Shown: positions 17,508 to 28,562, numbered from the stretch's first letter. The stretch is DNA of 64,000 nt from Candidatus Microgenomates bacterium (GCA_016204995.1 JACQJR010000002.1:2557-66556), one strand, 5' to 3'. The notes: a model not told the origin generated them from the letters alone. A program made the numbers and translations.

Positions 17508-18542
17508 ATGTCTGAAGAACAAATTCATAACTTAAGGAACGAAGCCCTATCGCTCATTATGGGCACCACAACACAGGAGGAGTTGGAAAATCTGCGGATT
17601 AATTATCTGGGCCGCCAGGGCAAAATTAATCAGGCCACTGCCGAATTAAAAAATTTACCAGCAGAAAAAAAATCCGTGGTCGGCAAAATCATCAACGATG
17701 CCAAAGTGGCAATAGAAAATGCTCTGTTTGCTCAAAAAGAAAAACTGTCTACCAAAGATGGTCAAACGACTTGGTTTGATCCCACTATCCCCAGCGTTCA
17801 ACCCCAACGTGGACATCTTCACTTAGTCACTTATGCCATAGAAGAAATCTCGCAAATTTTTAACCATCTTGGTTTCGTCCGTGTCCGCTACCCGGAAGTA
17901 GAGTGGGATTGGTTTGCTTTTGAATCGCTCAATATGCCTGCTTCTCATCCGGCTCGCGATGAATGGGAAACTTTTTTTGTGGATACTAAATCCCACCCCA
18001 AATATGGCAATATGGTCCTCACTCCTCATACTTCCAGCGGTCAAGTTAGAGAAATGGAAAGGGTAAAGATGCCGCCTATCCGGATGATTAATATTGCCAA
18101 ATGCTATCGCCGTCAGTCTGATGTTTCCCATGTACCAATGTTTCATCAATTTGAAGGATTGGTGGTAGACAAAGATATTTCCATCGTTCATCTCAAAGGG
18201 ACTTTGGATTATTTTGCCCGCCGGTTTTTCGGTGCCAGCAGGAAAATAAGACTGCGACCATATCACTTTCAATTTACCGAACCGTCATTTGAAGTAGATG
18301 TCAGTTGCGGCGTCTGTAATGGTAGCGGCTGCAAACTTTGTAAAGCCGGCTGGCTGGAACTAGGCGGCGCCGGTATGGTTCACCCAAATGTCTTAACAAA
18401 TGGCGGTATTGATCCAAGCAAGTTTTGCGGTTTCGCCTTCGGTTGGGGAGTAGAAAGAACTTTTATGATGAAAGCCGGCATCAAAATTGATGATATCAGA
18501 ATACTTTACAACGCAGACCTTAGGTTTTTAAAACAGTTCTAG
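17508..18542 (+). CDS. pheS: Phenylalanyl-tRNA synthetase alpha subunit
   Basis: Class II core (FVDTKSHPKYGNMVLTPHTSSGQVR ... FQFEGLVVDKD ... GWGVERTFMM); start at the internal ATG after the terminator hairpin. Confidence 0.85.
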   Translation: MSEEQIHNLRNEALSLIMGTTTQEELENLRINYLGRQGKINQATAELKNLPAEKKSVVGKIINDAKVAIENALFAQKEKLSTKDGQTTWFDPTIPSVQPQRGHLHLVTYAIEEISQIFNHLGFVRVRYPEVEWDWFAFESLNMPASHPARDEWETFFVDTKSHPKYGNMVLTPHTSSGQVREMERVKMPPIRMINIAKCYRRQSDVSHVPMFHQFEGLVVDKDISIVHLKGTLDYFARRFFGASRKIRLRPYHFQFTEPSFEVDVSCGVCNGSGCKLCKAGWLELGGAGMVHPNVLTNGGIDPSKFCGFAFGWGVERTFMMKAGIKIDDIRILYNADLRFLKQF

Positions 18543-18588
18543 TTTTAGGTCAATTAGAAATTAGAATAATTAGGTTAATTCTATTTAT

Positions 18589-20538
18589 ATGGATATTAAA
18601 GTACCAGATTCGTGGCTGCGGGAGTATTTAGAAACTCCGGCCAAGCCAAGCCAGATTGCCCAGTATTTGTCTTTGTGCGGCCCCTCGGTAGAACGCGTTA
18701 ACAAAGTAGGTAAGGATTTTGTTTATGAAATTGAAGTTACTACCAATCGGGTAGATAGCGCCGGCATTTTCGGTATTGCCCGCGAGGCTGCTGCTATTCT
18801 GCCTCGCTTTAATCTATCAGCCAAACTGATTCCACCGAAAGTTTTAAGTCGCCACAGTTTTGCCAGTAGTGTAGATTACTTGAAAGTTAAAATTGACCAC
18901 AGCCTTTGCCAACGATTTACCGCTGTATTAATTAAAGATGTCCAGATTAAACCGTCGCCGGAGTGGATGGTAGATAGGTTAAGAAAAGTAGGAGTTAAAG
19001 TAATTAATAATGTGGTGGATATTTCTAACTATTTAATGTATGGGTTAGGTCAACCAACTCATACTTTTGATTATGATAAAATAAAAAACTCCATCATGAT
19101 TTTACGTCCTGCCAAAAAGGGCGAGAAAATTATCACACTGGATGGTAAAAGCCATACCCTACCTGGCGGAGATATTATAATTGTTGATGGCAGCGGAAGA
19201 TTGATTGATTTAGCTGGCATTATGGGAGGACAAAATTCCGCTGTGGATAATACCACCAAAAACGTTTTACTTTTCGTCCAGCATTATAATCCGACCCAGA
19301 TTAGAAAAACGGTCATGAGTCTGGCCTATCGCACTGATGCTGCCACACTTTTCGAAAAAGATTTAGACCCTGAAGGCGTTACCCCTACTATCCAAACCGG
19401 CATAGAGTTATTGGAAAAATTAACCGGCGGCAAAGCAGAGGATAAAATTTTGGATCTTTATCCCTATCCATATCAAGTCAAAAAAATTAATATCACCTTG
19501 GATTTTATCCAAACCAGACTGGGCATAAATATTACTAAAAATGAACTTAGTAAAATTTTATTATCGCTTGGTTTTGAAAATAAATGGAGCGGCGGTAAAT
19601 TAGAAGTTGATGTGCCGTCATGGCGCAGTAATGATGTAAATATCAGTGAAGATATCTTAGAAGAAGTAGCCAGACTTTATGGATATCACAACTTGCCCAG
19701 TCAGATCATGCCGGGTATTATTCCCGAACCGCCAGAGGTTACACCGTTTGCATATGAACTTAAGGTTAAACAGCTGCTGAAAGGTTGGGGAGCAGTAGAA
19801 GTTTATACTTCCTCTCTGGTACCACAAAACTTTATCGGCAAAGATATCGCCCTGAAATTAAAAAACCCTTTGGGCAAAGAGGGGGAATATTTACGAATTT
19901 CTTTGGAACCCTCTTTACTCACAGCTGCTAAACAAAACTCTCGCGCTACTAATCCTTTTCATTTAATTGAAATCGCTAATGTTTACCTGCCTGCGCAGGC
20001 AGGCCTGCCTCGTAAAGGCGATTTACCGGAGGAAAAAATGATGCTGGCCGGTATCACCGCCGGCTTTCCATTTACTCAAACCAAAGGCCTGGTAGAAGTA
20101 TTATTGGCTGAATTAAATATGGAGGCAGACTTTATACCAGCAAATAATGGAGCAATTATTAAGCAGGGGAAAACTGTTTTGGGACAATTAAAAGTAATAG
20201 ATGACGCCCGCATCTATTATGAATTTGATATGGCAACTCTGCGAAATTTAAGTAAACCCTTCTCCACCTTCCATCCCATTCCGAAATATCCCGGCCAAAT
20301 TGAAGATTTGTCAGCAATTTTCCCGTCACGTTCCCTAGTAGGAAAAGTCATCAAAGCTATCTCGGCTCTTGACCCGCAAATTGCTGATTTTCAATTAATT
20401 GATACTTACGAAAATAGCAAAACTTTTAGAGTTGTTTATCAAAACCCGGATAAAACTTTAACCGATAATGAAGTTGCCAAAATTCGCGGAAAAGTTATTA
20501 AGACTTTAGCAAATAAATTTGGAGCCAGGATTAAGTAA
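18589..20538 (+). CDS. pheT: Phenylalanyl-tRNA synthetase beta subunit (short, 649 aa)
   Basis: B3/B4, B5 and class II-like core with C-terminal FDX-ACB domain; directly follows pheS. Confidence 0.85.
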   Translation: MDIKVPDSWLREYLETPAKPSQIAQYLSLCGPSVERVNKVGKDFVYEIEVTTNRVDSAGIFGIAREAAAILPRFNLSAKLIPPKVLSRHSFASSVDYLKVKIDHSLCQRFTAVLIKDVQIKPSPEWMVDRLRKVGVKVINNVVDISNYLMYGLGQPTHTFDYDKIKNSIMILRPAKKGEKIITLDGKSHTLPGGDIIIVDGSGRLIDLAGIMGGQNSAVDNTTKNVLLFVQHYNPTQIRKTVMSLAYRTDAATLFEKDLDPEGVTPTIQTGIELLEKLTGGKAEDKILDLYPYPYQVKKINITLDFIQTRLGINITKNELSKILLSLGFENKWSGGKLEVDVPSWRSNDVNISEDILEEVARLYGYHNLPSQIMPGIIPEPPEVTPFAYELKVKQLLKGWGAVEVYTSSLVPQNFIGKDIALKLKNPLGKEGEYLRISLEPSLLTAAKQNSRATNPFHLIEIANVYLPAQAGLPRKGDLPEEKMMLAGITAGFPFTQTKGLVEVLLAELNMEADFIPANNGAIIKQGKTVLGQLKVIDDARIYYEFDMATLRNLSKPFSTFHPIPKYPGQIEDLSAIFPSRSLVGKVIKAISALDPQIADFQLIDTYENSKTFRVVYQNPDKTLTDNEVAKIRGKVIKTLANKFGARIK

Positions 20539-20561
20539 CCACGAAGTGGCCCTTTCAGGGC

Positions 20562-20963
20562 TTAATGAATTAAATTGGGATTGGTGCCGCGTCTGACTTG
20601 GGCTTTTACTCTTCGCTCATGCAATTTCTCACCTTCCGACACGGGAATTTTGTTTGATGCTTCCACTCTTTTTAAAACAACCTGCCGGTTACGCTCTGCC
20701 TGTGCTTCGCGAACCGCACTTAGTTGAATAGATTGCCCCCTGGAGCGAGTTACCCCATCTTCACAAGGAATAAGTTCTGCCAAGTAATTACTAACTTCCG
20801 GAGTAAAAGATTGATGCAATTTCTGTCTTTCTTCCTCACGCCTAGTCATTGCTTCCGCGGTCCGACCAGCAAGCTCAAATTGATGCCAAAGATCGTATAA
20901 ACCTTGAGCTACTTGCTCAAAATTCGAGGTTTGTTTTTGTTCTTTTTGCTTAATTTCTACCAT
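20562..20963 (-). CDS. Hypothetical protein (133 aa)
   Basis: ORF only; Arg/Glu-rich. Confidence 0.3.
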   Translation of the reverse strand: MVEIKQKEQKQTSNFEQVAQGLYDLWHQFELAGRTAEAMTRREEERQKLHQSFTPEVSNYLAELIPCEDGVTRSRGQSIQLSAVREAQAERNRQVVLKRVEASNKIPVSEGEKLHERRVKAQVRRGTNPNLIH

Positions 20964-21022
20964 AAATTGAAGGTATTTCGGGAAACTTTACATCATCTAA
21001 AAATAAAAATCAAGTAGGCAAA

Positions 21023-23551
21023 TTACAAAGAGGCAGGAGTGGGGGTGGCGCCGACAGTAACGGTAATCTTGCGATCTGTTTCGCGGCCGCTTTGATCGCG
21101 GGCTTTAACCCGTAAGGTGTGAGTACCAACAGTAGTATTAATTGTAGTCGTAAAAGGAGTGCTGGTAAAAGTAGCCACTTTTTGTCCGTCCAGTTCAAAC
21201 TCCACTTGACTGATTTTCTCTATAGAAGAAATTTTAACTCTCATCTCAAAAGTATTACTGGTTAAATTTTGATTATCCTTAGGCGTATCAAAATCAATAT
21301 TAATGGGAGTGGAACCACAATAATCTGACGGCGGATGGTAGCGCGAATCAGCTTGGGTAGTCAGCCATAAATTAATTCCTTCTTGCCAACGGTTGGCGCC
21401 GAGAGCGGCCGTTGGATCGTCTTCACGGATAACAAAATACTCTTTTTCATCATAATTACCCGAGGCGATATCGCTGGGGGTAGCAATCTTACCTTCATTC
21501 TTACAGATTTTCAGTTTCTTATGAATCGGGTCATCTCCTTGAGGTTCAGTGCCGCTAATAAATATCTCGGACCGCGCCGTAAACCCATCATGAGCAGCAA
21601 ATCCTGATAAACCATCCACGTCTTCAGTTACAATTCCTTCTGGCTGAATGAAGCTAGTATTATCTTTCTCTCGCAAAGCAGCCTGCATAATCCGCCGCCA
21701 AATTGGGGCCGCCCCAGTCACACCAGAAGAAACGTTTTTCATTGGTGAATTATCATTGTTACCTACCCACACCCCCGCCGCCACTTGACCAGCCGTCCAA
21801 CCAATAGTCCAATTATCCCGCTTATCATTAGTGGTACCGGTTTTAACCGCGACAGTCCGTCCGGGAACAACTAGGGATGAAGCCCGACCAAAAACATCCA
21901 CCCGAGCCTCATTATCAGACAAAATATGAGAAATTAAATATGCCTGTTGGGGAGTAATAACTTGCTTGCCGGCTGTAGGTTTAGTTTCCTCTAGTATTTT
22001 ACCGTTTTTATCTTCCACTTTCAAAATAGCAATTGGCTCTACCCGTTTCCCGCCATTGGCAAAAGCGGTATAAGCCCGAGTGATATCCAAAAGTCTTACT
22101 TCGCCGCCGCCCAAAGTGACTGACAACCCCACCCGGGAAAGATTGGTCTGGGTTGGCTCAAGAGTGGTAATACCTAAATCATAGGCAGTTTTCATCATAT
22201 CCTTGATGCCCACCAAACTTAACAGTTTCACCGCCACAATGTTGATAGAATTAGCCAAAGCGTAGCGCAGCTGTAATGGCCCGCGATATTTGCCGTCATA
22301 ATTAACTGGCTTGTAATCAGGTTGACCAACTCCGCCGGGAAAAACAGTTTCTACATCCATTAGCATGGTGGAGGGAGTATAGCCTTTTTTGAAAGCAGTC
22401 AGATAAGTCACCGGCTTAATGGCTGAACCAGGCTGCCGTAAAGACAACGTCACATTCACCTGACCGTCATAATCTTCTGCCTGGAAATCTTTGCTGCCCA
22501 CCATGGCTAAAATTTCTCCCGTATTAACATCTAAAACCACGCTGGCACCATTAGTAATATGCAAACTCTCCACTTTTTTAATTTCTTCCGCCACAATTTT
22601 TTGCGCCTCTTCCTGTAATTTACTATCCAAAGTAGTAGTTACTTTTAACCCTCCGTTTTCCACTATCTCTTTACCATATTTTGCTTCTAAAATTCCCTGG
22701 ACATAAGTTACAAAGTGAGGCGCTTTAAAACCGGCGCCCTTATTGGCAAAAACTACATTTGGCAGTTCTTTATTAGCCTCCTTCTCCTGGTCACTCGTGA
22801 TATAACCATCTTCCCTCATTCGGCGAAGCACATTCTGGGCCCGGCCGATATAGGCCTTAGGAGTACTGCTAAAAGGAGAATAAACTGAAGGCCGTTGCGG
22901 CAAACCTGCTAAAATCGCCGCCTCCACCAAGGTTAAATCTGCCACTCTTTTCCCAAAATAAGTTTGGGCTGCTGATTCCACTCCATAAGCCGTACCACCA
23001 TAGGGAGCTTCATTTAAATACATTTCCAAAATTTGGTCTTTACTAAATTTATGCTCTATTTGAACCGCTAAAATAAATTCTCGGACTTTTCTAAAAATCG
23101 TCCGCTCGGAACTTAACAGGACATTTTTAACTAATTGTTGAGTTAGAGTAGAACCGCCTTCAATTTTGCCCCGAGTAGCAATGTTTAACATAGCCCTTAG
23201 AATTCCTGAAGTATCAAAGCCTTCATGCTTATAAAAATTTTTATCTTCAATAGCCACAGTTGCTTGTTTAACATAAGGGGGAATTTCGGCTAGCTTAACC
23301 GCCGTTCTTTTTTTATCTACAAAGACATCGTAAAGCGATTCGCCATTTCTGTCATAGATTTTAGTGGAAAAGCCTTCTTGTCTGACTATTTTATCGGGTG
23401 AGGGGAGTCCTAAAGCCAGTAGGGGAAAGGCGATAAAACTGCCGGCAAAAAGTAAAAGGATGGCAAAAAAGATGAGCTTGGCCAGTTTGGCCCAAAATCG
23501 CCCGTGCTGAACACTACGATGGGCTGGTGTATATGAATAATACTCGCGCAC
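21023..23551 (-). CDS. mrcA: Penicillin-binding protein 1A (bifunctional glycosyltransferase/transpeptidase) with C-terminal Ig-like domain
   Basis: GT51 motifs EDKNFYKHEGFD and GGSTLTQQLVKN; transpeptidase motifs SAIKP (SxxK), SxN and KTGTT; N-terminal TM helix. Confidence 0.85.
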   Translation of the reverse strand: MREYYSYTPAHRSVQHGRFWAKLAKLIFFAILLLFAGSFIAFPLLALGLPSPDKIVRQEGFSTKIYDRNGESLYDVFVDKKRTAVKLAEIPPYVKQATVAIEDKNFYKHEGFDTSGILRAMLNIATRGKIEGGSTLTQQLVKNVLLSSERTIFRKVREFILAVQIEHKFSKDQILEMYLNEAPYGGTAYGVESAAQTYFGKRVADLTLVEAAILAGLPQRPSVYSPFSSTPKAYIGRAQNVLRRMREDGYITSDQEKEANKELPNVVFANKGAGFKAPHFVTYVQGILEAKYGKEIVENGGLKVTTTLDSKLQEEAQKIVAEEIKKVESLHITNGASVVLDVNTGEILAMVGSKDFQAEDYDGQVNVTLSLRQPGSAIKPVTYLTAFKKGYTPSTMLMDVETVFPGGVGQPDYKPVNYDGKYRGPLQLRYALANSINIVAVKLLSLVGIKDMMKTAYDLGITTLEPTQTNLSRVGLSVTLGGGEVRLLDITRAYTAFANGGKRVEPIAILKVEDKNGKILEETKPTAGKQVITPQQAYLISHILSDNEARVDVFGRASSLVVPGRTVAVKTGTTNDKRDNWTIGWTAGQVAAGVWVGNNDNSPMKNVSSGVTGAAPIWRRIMQAALREKDNTSFIQPEGIVTEDVDGLSGFAAHDGFTARSEIFISGTEPQGDDPIHKKLKICKNEGKIATPSDIASGNYDEKEYFVIREDDPTAALGANRWQEGINLWLTTQADSRYHPPSDYCGSTPINIDFDTPKDNQNLTSNTFEMRVKISSIEKISQVEFELDGQKVATFTSTPFTTTINTTVGTHTLRVKARDQSGRETDRKITVTVGATPTPASL

Positions 23552-23594
23552 TCTCCTTGCATTATAGCAAGAGCGTACATATAATTAAAATACT

Positions 23595-24764
23595 ATGGAT
23601 CTTTTAGAAGCGTTATCTAGGTGGACTACTGATATTTTACCAAGTAGAGAAGAATTTCTTAAAGTTATTCAACAAAAGAAACTGGTAATTTATCATGGAG
23701 TTGATCCCACTGGACCAGATCTCCACCTTGGACATTCAACAAACCTTCTTTTAATGCGTGCATTTCAGGATGCGGATCATCACGTCATTTTATTATTTGG
23801 CGACTTCACTGCGCGCATTGGTGATCCGACCGATAAAACAGCCACCCGTAAAGCTCTTACCGAAGAAGAAATCCAAATCAATCTAGCTACCTATAAAGAG
23901 CAAGCTAGCAAAATATTGCGATTTGAGGGCGAAAATCCTGTGGAGATCCGTTTTAACAATGATTGGTTAGGAAAAATGCCAGCTGCTGATTTTCTTACAC
24001 TGGCATCTCATATTACTCACCAACAACTTATTGAACGGGACATGTTCCAAAAACGTATTCAAGAAGGCAAAAATATATTCATGCATGAGTTACTCTACCC
24101 GCTTTTCCAGGGTTATGATTCAGTGGCAATGAAAGTTGATGCAGAAATAGGGGGAAGAGATCAATTATTTAATATGATGGTGGGAAGAAATCTAGTAAAA
24201 GACTATCTCAAAAAAGAGAAATTTGTTATTACCACGCCATTACTTATTAATCCTAAGACAAATAAAAAACTAATGAATAAATCAGAGGGAACATATATCG
24301 CAATTAATGATTCACCAGAGGAAATGTTCAATAAAATAATGTCCATGCCGGATGAAGTAGTAAAAACTTGTTTTATCTACTGTACCACTTTACTAATGGC
24401 AGAAATTCAATCAATTAAAATGCCGGCCATGGATACTAAAAAGCGTTTAGCTTGGGAGATTGTTAAATTTTACCATGATGAAAAGGCCGCCAACGAAGCC
24501 CAAGAAAATTTCTCACGAGTTTTTCAGCAAAAAGAAGCGCCGGACAATATTACTGAAATAAAAGTGGGCCAGTCAGAAGTTGATTTAATAAATCTATTGA
24601 CTGAAAATAATCTGGCCAAAAGTAGAGGAGAGGCCAAAAGATTATTGACTGACGGGGCTTTAGAACTTGATAGTCAGGTAATTACCAATTCTACTGCTTC
24701 CATCAAGAGTGATGCTGTTTTAAAAATCGGCAAACATAGATTTGTAAAATTAGTTGTATCCTGA
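23595..24764 (+). CDS. tyrS: Tyrosyl-tRNA synthetase
   Basis: HLGH (HIGH) motif, KMSKS-like LMNKSEG and a C-terminal S4 domain. Confidence 0.8.
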   Translation: MDLLEALSRWTTDILPSREEFLKVIQQKKLVIYHGVDPTGPDLHLGHSTNLLLMRAFQDADHHVILLFGDFTARIGDPTDKTATRKALTEEEIQINLATYKEQASKILRFEGENPVEIRFNNDWLGKMPAADFLTLASHITHQQLIERDMFQKRIQEGKNIFMHELLYPLFQGYDSVAMKVDAEIGGRDQLFNMMVGRNLVKDYLKKEKFVITTPLLINPKTNKKLMNKSEGTYIAINDSPEEMFNKIMSMPDEVVKTCFIYCTTLLMAEIQSIKMPAMDTKKRLAWEIVKFYHDEKAANEAQENFSRVFQQKEAPDNITEIKVGQSEVDLINLLTENNLAKSRGEAKRLLTDGALELDSQVITNSTASIKSDAVLKIGKHRFVKLVVS

Positions 24765-24780
24765 AAGGACGATTTTATCG

Positions 24781-24884
24781 TGAGCGAAAAAACCATCAAA
24801 AAAATTTGGACAGTGATTATTGTCATTGCCGGATTAAGTCTGATTATTTCCACTTTTCTGCCGCTGTTATTCGCCCTGCGATGA
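24781..24884 (+). CDS. Possible 34-aa hydrophobic micro-protein (GTG start) translationally coupled to recG
   Basis: VSEKTIKKIWTVIIVIAGLSLIISTFLPLLFALR; its stop overlaps the recG ATG (ATGA). Confidence 0.2.
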
Positions 24885-26890
24885 AACTAGTTGCTAAAGT
24901 TTCCGAGTTGCCTTTCATCGGTCCAGTCTATGCCAAAAGATTAGCTAGACTTAACATCAAAACTTTGGCCGATTTACTTTATCACTTTCCCTATCGCTAT
25001 CACGATTTTAGTATTATTTCTCCTATTTCCAGAGTTCAGTTAGGTGAAATAGTTACCATCCGCGGCAAAATTATTTCTATTAAAAATATCTATACCAAAA
25101 ATCGTAAGATTATCCAACAAGCGATAGTGGAAGATGATAGCGGTCAAATTGAAATAATTTGGTTCAATCAAAGATATATTCCCAACGTTTTACCAGCAGG
25201 CAGTCAAGTCTCTCTGGCTGGCAAAATTGGTTTATTTAATAATAAATTGGTGATGGAATCTCCAGATTACGAAAAAATCACCTCACCAAACCAACTCACA
25301 ATCCATACCGGTCGCCTGGTCCCCATTTATCCGGAAACATCCAGCATCCCTTCCAAATGGCTAAGAAGTAGAGTGGCCCAGTTTTTACCAGAAGCAGAGG
25401 TAGAAGAGTTTTTACCCCTTCAATTAATTAAAAGGTCTCATTTGCCCGATATAAAATCCTCTCTGCAGCAGATCCACTTTCCCCAAAATTTAGAAGAGGC
25501 TCAAAAATCAAGAGAACGTTTTGCTTTTGAAGAATTATTATTATTACATTTATCTATCCTTGAACGAAAAAATAGTTGGCAAAAACAAGAATCATGTTAC
25601 ATCTTAGATATCCCCCAAAAAGATTTGGCAAAATTCATGGGTAACTTACCTTTTGTTTTGACAAATTCCCAGCGGCAAGCCGTCAATGAAATATTAGCTG
25701 ATTTAACGCGTCCATCACCGATGAACCGACTTTTGGAGGGTGATGTCGGCTCCGGTAAAACTGTAGTGGCAGCGATTGCGGCTTATGTAATTACCAAAAA
25801 TAATTTGCAAACCATAATGTTAGCCCCCACTCAAATTCTCGCCCAACAACATTTTGATACATTATCAAGATTACTTAATCCCTATAATATTAAATTCCAT
25901 CTTATTACTGGTGGCAAAAAAATTGGACATTACGACGTAGTCGTTGGTACTCATGCCCTCTTCCACCAGAAACAACCACTGGATCGACTGGGGTTAGTCG
26001 TGATTGATGAACAACACAAATTCGGCGTAGAACAAAGAGCAATTCTTTTAGGGAAAAATCTCAAAGCTTGTTTGCCGCACGTCTTAACCATGACTGCCAC
26101 TCCTATTCCCCGCACAGTGGCACTCACTCTTTATGGTGATTTGGATTTATCTGTTTTAACAGAACTTCCGGCCGGCCGCAAAAAAATTAAAACTTGGGTC
26201 GTACCACCCCAAAAAAGAGATGGGGCTTATCAGTGGATTAGCAAGCGGGTTAAAAACGGCGAACAAGTATTTATTGTTTGTCCACTGATAGAGGAGTCAG
26301 AAATTGAAAGTATGAAATCCGTCAGAGCCGCTACCGCCGAGTTTAATCAATTAAAAGAGCAAATTTTCCCTGATTTAAAATTAGGACTGTTACATGGCAA
26401 GTTAAAAGCAAACCAAAAAGATGAAGTAATTAAAAAATTCCGCGAGCGCCAAATTGATATTTTAGTGGCCACTCCGGTAGTGGAGGTAGGAATTGATATA
26501 TCTAATGCCACGGTCATGATGGTAGAAGCCGCCGATCGTTTTGGTTTAGCCCAACTGCATCAGTTAAGAGGACGGGTGGGCAGGAGAGAACTGCAATCAT
26601 ATTGTCTGCTTTTTACCGAATCCACCACACCTAAAACTATCTCCAGACTGCATGCCTTAGAAGAAGCCAAAAGCGGATCAGAACTGGCAGAACTGGATTT
26701 AAAATTGCGTGGCCCGGGAGAAGTTTTTGGCACTCGCCAGCATGGTTTTCCGGAATTAAAAGTGGCAAATTTTGGCGATCTGGAATTAATCAAAAAAACT
26801 AAAGAGGCTGCCCAAGAAATATTTCCTTCACTATCTAAATTCCCTAAATTAAAATCCCACCTCAAAACCCATCTAGTTGTAGCTAATTAA
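24881..26890 (+). CDS. recG: ATP-dependent DNA helicase RecG
   Basis: Wedge/OB region; helicase motifs GDVGSGKT and DEQHKFG; C-terminal TRG motif region. Confidence 0.85.
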   Translation: MKLVAKVSELPFIGPVYAKRLARLNIKTLADLLYHFPYRYHDFSIISPISRVQLGEIVTIRGKIISIKNIYTKNRKIIQQAIVEDDSGQIEIIWFNQRYIPNVLPAGSQVSLAGKIGLFNNKLVMESPDYEKITSPNQLTIHTGRLVPIYPETSSIPSKWLRSRVAQFLPEAEVEEFLPLQLIKRSHLPDIKSSLQQIHFPQNLEEAQKSRERFAFEELLLLHLSILERKNSWQKQESCYILDIPQKDLAKFMGNLPFVLTNSQRQAVNEILADLTRPSPMNRLLEGDVGSGKTVVAAIAAYVITKNNLQTIMLAPTQILAQQHFDTLSRLLNPYNIKFHLITGGKKIGHYDVVVGTHALFHQKQPLDRLGLVVIDEQHKFGVEQRAILLGKNLKACLPHVLTMTATPIPRTVALTLYGDLDLSVLTELPAGRKKIKTWVVPPQKRDGAYQWISKRVKNGEQVFIVCPLIEESEIESMKSVRAATAEFNQLKEQIFPDLKLGLLHGKLKANQKDEVIKKFRERQIDILVATPVVEVGIDISNATVMMVEAADRFGLAQLHQLRGRVGRRELQSYCLLFTESTTPKTISRLHALEEAKSGSELAELDLKLRGPGEVFGTRQHGFPELKVANFGDLELIKKTKEAAQEIFPSLSKFPKLKSHLKTHLVVAN

Positions 26891-26911
26891 AAATTTTGGT
26901 ATAATTTACAC

Positions 26912-27073
26912 ATGGCAGCGTTACCAAAGAAAAAACATACTAGATCAAGAACCGGCAAAAGGCGAGGTCGAAAACACTTAGCTTTACCCAATATCATTAT
27001 TTGTGCCAGTTGCGGCAAACCAAAGCTTTCTCATATCATTTGCCCCTCTTGTGGTGTCTATGGCAAAAAGTAA
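26912..27073 (+). CDS. rpmF: 50S ribosomal protein L32
   Basis: [53 protein letters not shown] (53 aa, below the ORF-track cutoff). Confidence 0.8.
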   Translation: MAALPKKKHTRSRTGKRRGRKHLALPNIIICASCGKPKLSHIICPSCGVYGKK

Positions 27074-27422
27074 CATTGACGAACGTCACCAAAGACGAGT
27101 CTCTGCCTTAAAACAACTCTTCGCCCAGGACTTTACCAATCAAGGCTCTCTCACACCTCTGGCTAAATCAGTGTTAGCAAAGCAAGCTGAAATTGATCCT
27201 TTAATCGTAAATGCCGCTCCAGCTTGGCCTCTGGAACAAATTAATAAAGTAGATTTAGCTATCTTAAGGCTTGCCATTTATGAATTGTCAATTAAAAAAG
27301 AACCAATTAAAGTAATTATTAACGAAGCTGTGGAGTTGGCCAAAGAATTTGGGGGAGAATCTTCTTCTTCATTTGTCAACGGAGTTCTTGGTAAAATTGT
27401 ACAATATGACAGTAAACAGTGA
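27060..27422 (+). CDS. nusB: Transcription antitermination factor NusB-like
   Basis: [19 protein letters not shown] ... [31 protein letters not shown], a NusB-family fold; start at MAKSN, overlapping the rpmF 3' end in another frame. Confidence 0.65.
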   Translation: MAKSNIDERHQRRVSALKQLFAQDFTNQGSLTPLAKSVLAKQAEIDPLIVNAAPAWPLEQINKVDLAILRLAIYELSIKKEPIKVIINEAVELAKEFGGESSSSFVNGVLGKIVQYDSKQ

Positions 27423-28083
27423 AGAAAACCTAGAAAAGCGTTTAGAGGTAAAATTTAATAATCAAAAATTACTTCACCTAGCTTTAATTCACCGCTCTTA
27501 TTTGAATGAGTCGGCAGAAACTGAATCTAACGAGCGGCTGGAGTTTCTGGGCGATGCAGTTCTGGAATTTATTGTTTCGGCTAAACTTTTCGGTCAATTT
27601 CCTGGCTTTGATGAGGGAGAATTAACAGCTTTACGTTCCAAACTTGTCAATACCGCCTCTTTGGCGAATCTGGCCCGGGAGCTGCATTTGGGAGAAGCTT
27701 TATATATTTCCCGCGGCGAAGATGAAAACGGAGGACGAAATAATCCGACGCTTTTAGCTGATACTTTTGAAGCGGTGATTGGAGCTTTATTTTTAGATCA
27801 GGGTATCGGTATATGTCAGAAACTGCTTGATAAACTCCTCATGCCCCAAGCCGCTCGCGACCTGACCAATTTAAAAGACCCTAAAAGTTTGCTGCAGGAA
27901 ATTGTCCAAAGACAAGGTAATCGCGCTCCAGTTTATAAAGTAATCAGCGAAGAGGGGCCACATCATGCCAAATTATTCACCGTTAGTGTTGTGATAAATA
28001 ACCAATCATTGGCTACCGGCACTGGTAAAAGCAAGAAAGAGGCCCAGGAGCAAGCAGCCAAAATTGCCTTAGAGAGCATCTAA
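27406..28083 (+). CDS. rnc: Ribonuclease III
   Basis: [16 protein letters not shown] RNase III signature plus a C-terminal dsRBD ([10 protein letters not shown] ... [14 protein letters not shown]). Confidence 0.85.
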   Translation: MTVNSEENLEKRLEVKFNNQKLLHLALIHRSYLNESAETESNERLEFLGDAVLEFIVSAKLFGQFPGFDEGELTALRSKLVNTASLANLARELHLGEALYISRGEDENGGRNNPTLLADTFEAVIGALFLDQGIGICQKLLDKLLMPQAARDLTNLKDPKSLLQEIVQRQGNRAPVYKVISEEGPHHAKLFTVSVVINNQSLATGTGKSKKEAQEQAAKIALESI

Positions 28084-28100
28084 ATGCTATAATTGCCAAC

Positions 28101-28322
28101 ATGTTAAAAATTCGCTTGTCTAGAATTGGTAAAAAGAACCAACCGCATTACCGGATTGTGGTAACAGAGGCTCGCAGTCGCAGAAACGGCGCACCCGTTG
28201 CGACCATCGGCAGCTGGCATCCAGGTGAAGACAAAATTGTCCTCTCCAAGGCAGAGTATGAAACTTGGCTGCATAAGGGAGCCCAGCCGACCGCAGCTGT
28301 CAGACAACTAGCCACTAAATAA
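28101..28322 (+). CDS. rpsP: 30S ribosomal protein S16
   Basis: MLKIRLSRIGKKNQPHYRIVV. Confidence 0.85.
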   Translation: MLKIRLSRIGKKNQPHYRIVVTEARSRRNGAPVATIGSWHPGEDKIVLSKAEYETWLHKGAQPTAAVRQLATK

Positions 28323-28328
28323 TTAATC

Positions 28329-28562
28329 ATGGAAGATCTAATTAAATTTTTAGCTCAAGAAATTACGGGTGTTGAAGATGTAACTATTGCCGCAACTGAA
28401 CAGGATGGCATAACTATTTATACCGTTACTTTACCTAAGGAAAATATCGGTCAATTTATCGGCAAGTCTGGCCGTATTATCAGCGCTATTCGGACCGTCA
28501 CCGGTATTCGGGCGGCCAAGGAAAACATTCGTTTTAATATTGAGGTGGCGGAGAAAGCTTAA
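28329..28562 (+). CDS. KH-domain RNA-binding protein (YlqC/UPF0109-like)
   Basis: IGKSGRIISAIRTV KH GxxG loop; conserved position after rpsP. Confidence 0.7.
   Translation: MEDLIKFLAQEITGVEDVTIAATEQDGITIYTVTLPKENIGQFIGKSGRIISAIRTVTGIRAAKENIRFNIEVAEKA

Noticed and set aside
21383-22706. Small plus-strand ORFs (21383-21607, 22491-22706)
   Set aside because: Embedded antisense in the PBP1A gene.
27003-27059. The N-terminal 19 codons of the 27003-27422 ORF ([19 protein letters not shown])
   Set aside because: They overlap the well-supported rpmF (L32) gene in another frame; nusB most likely starts at MAKSN (27060).
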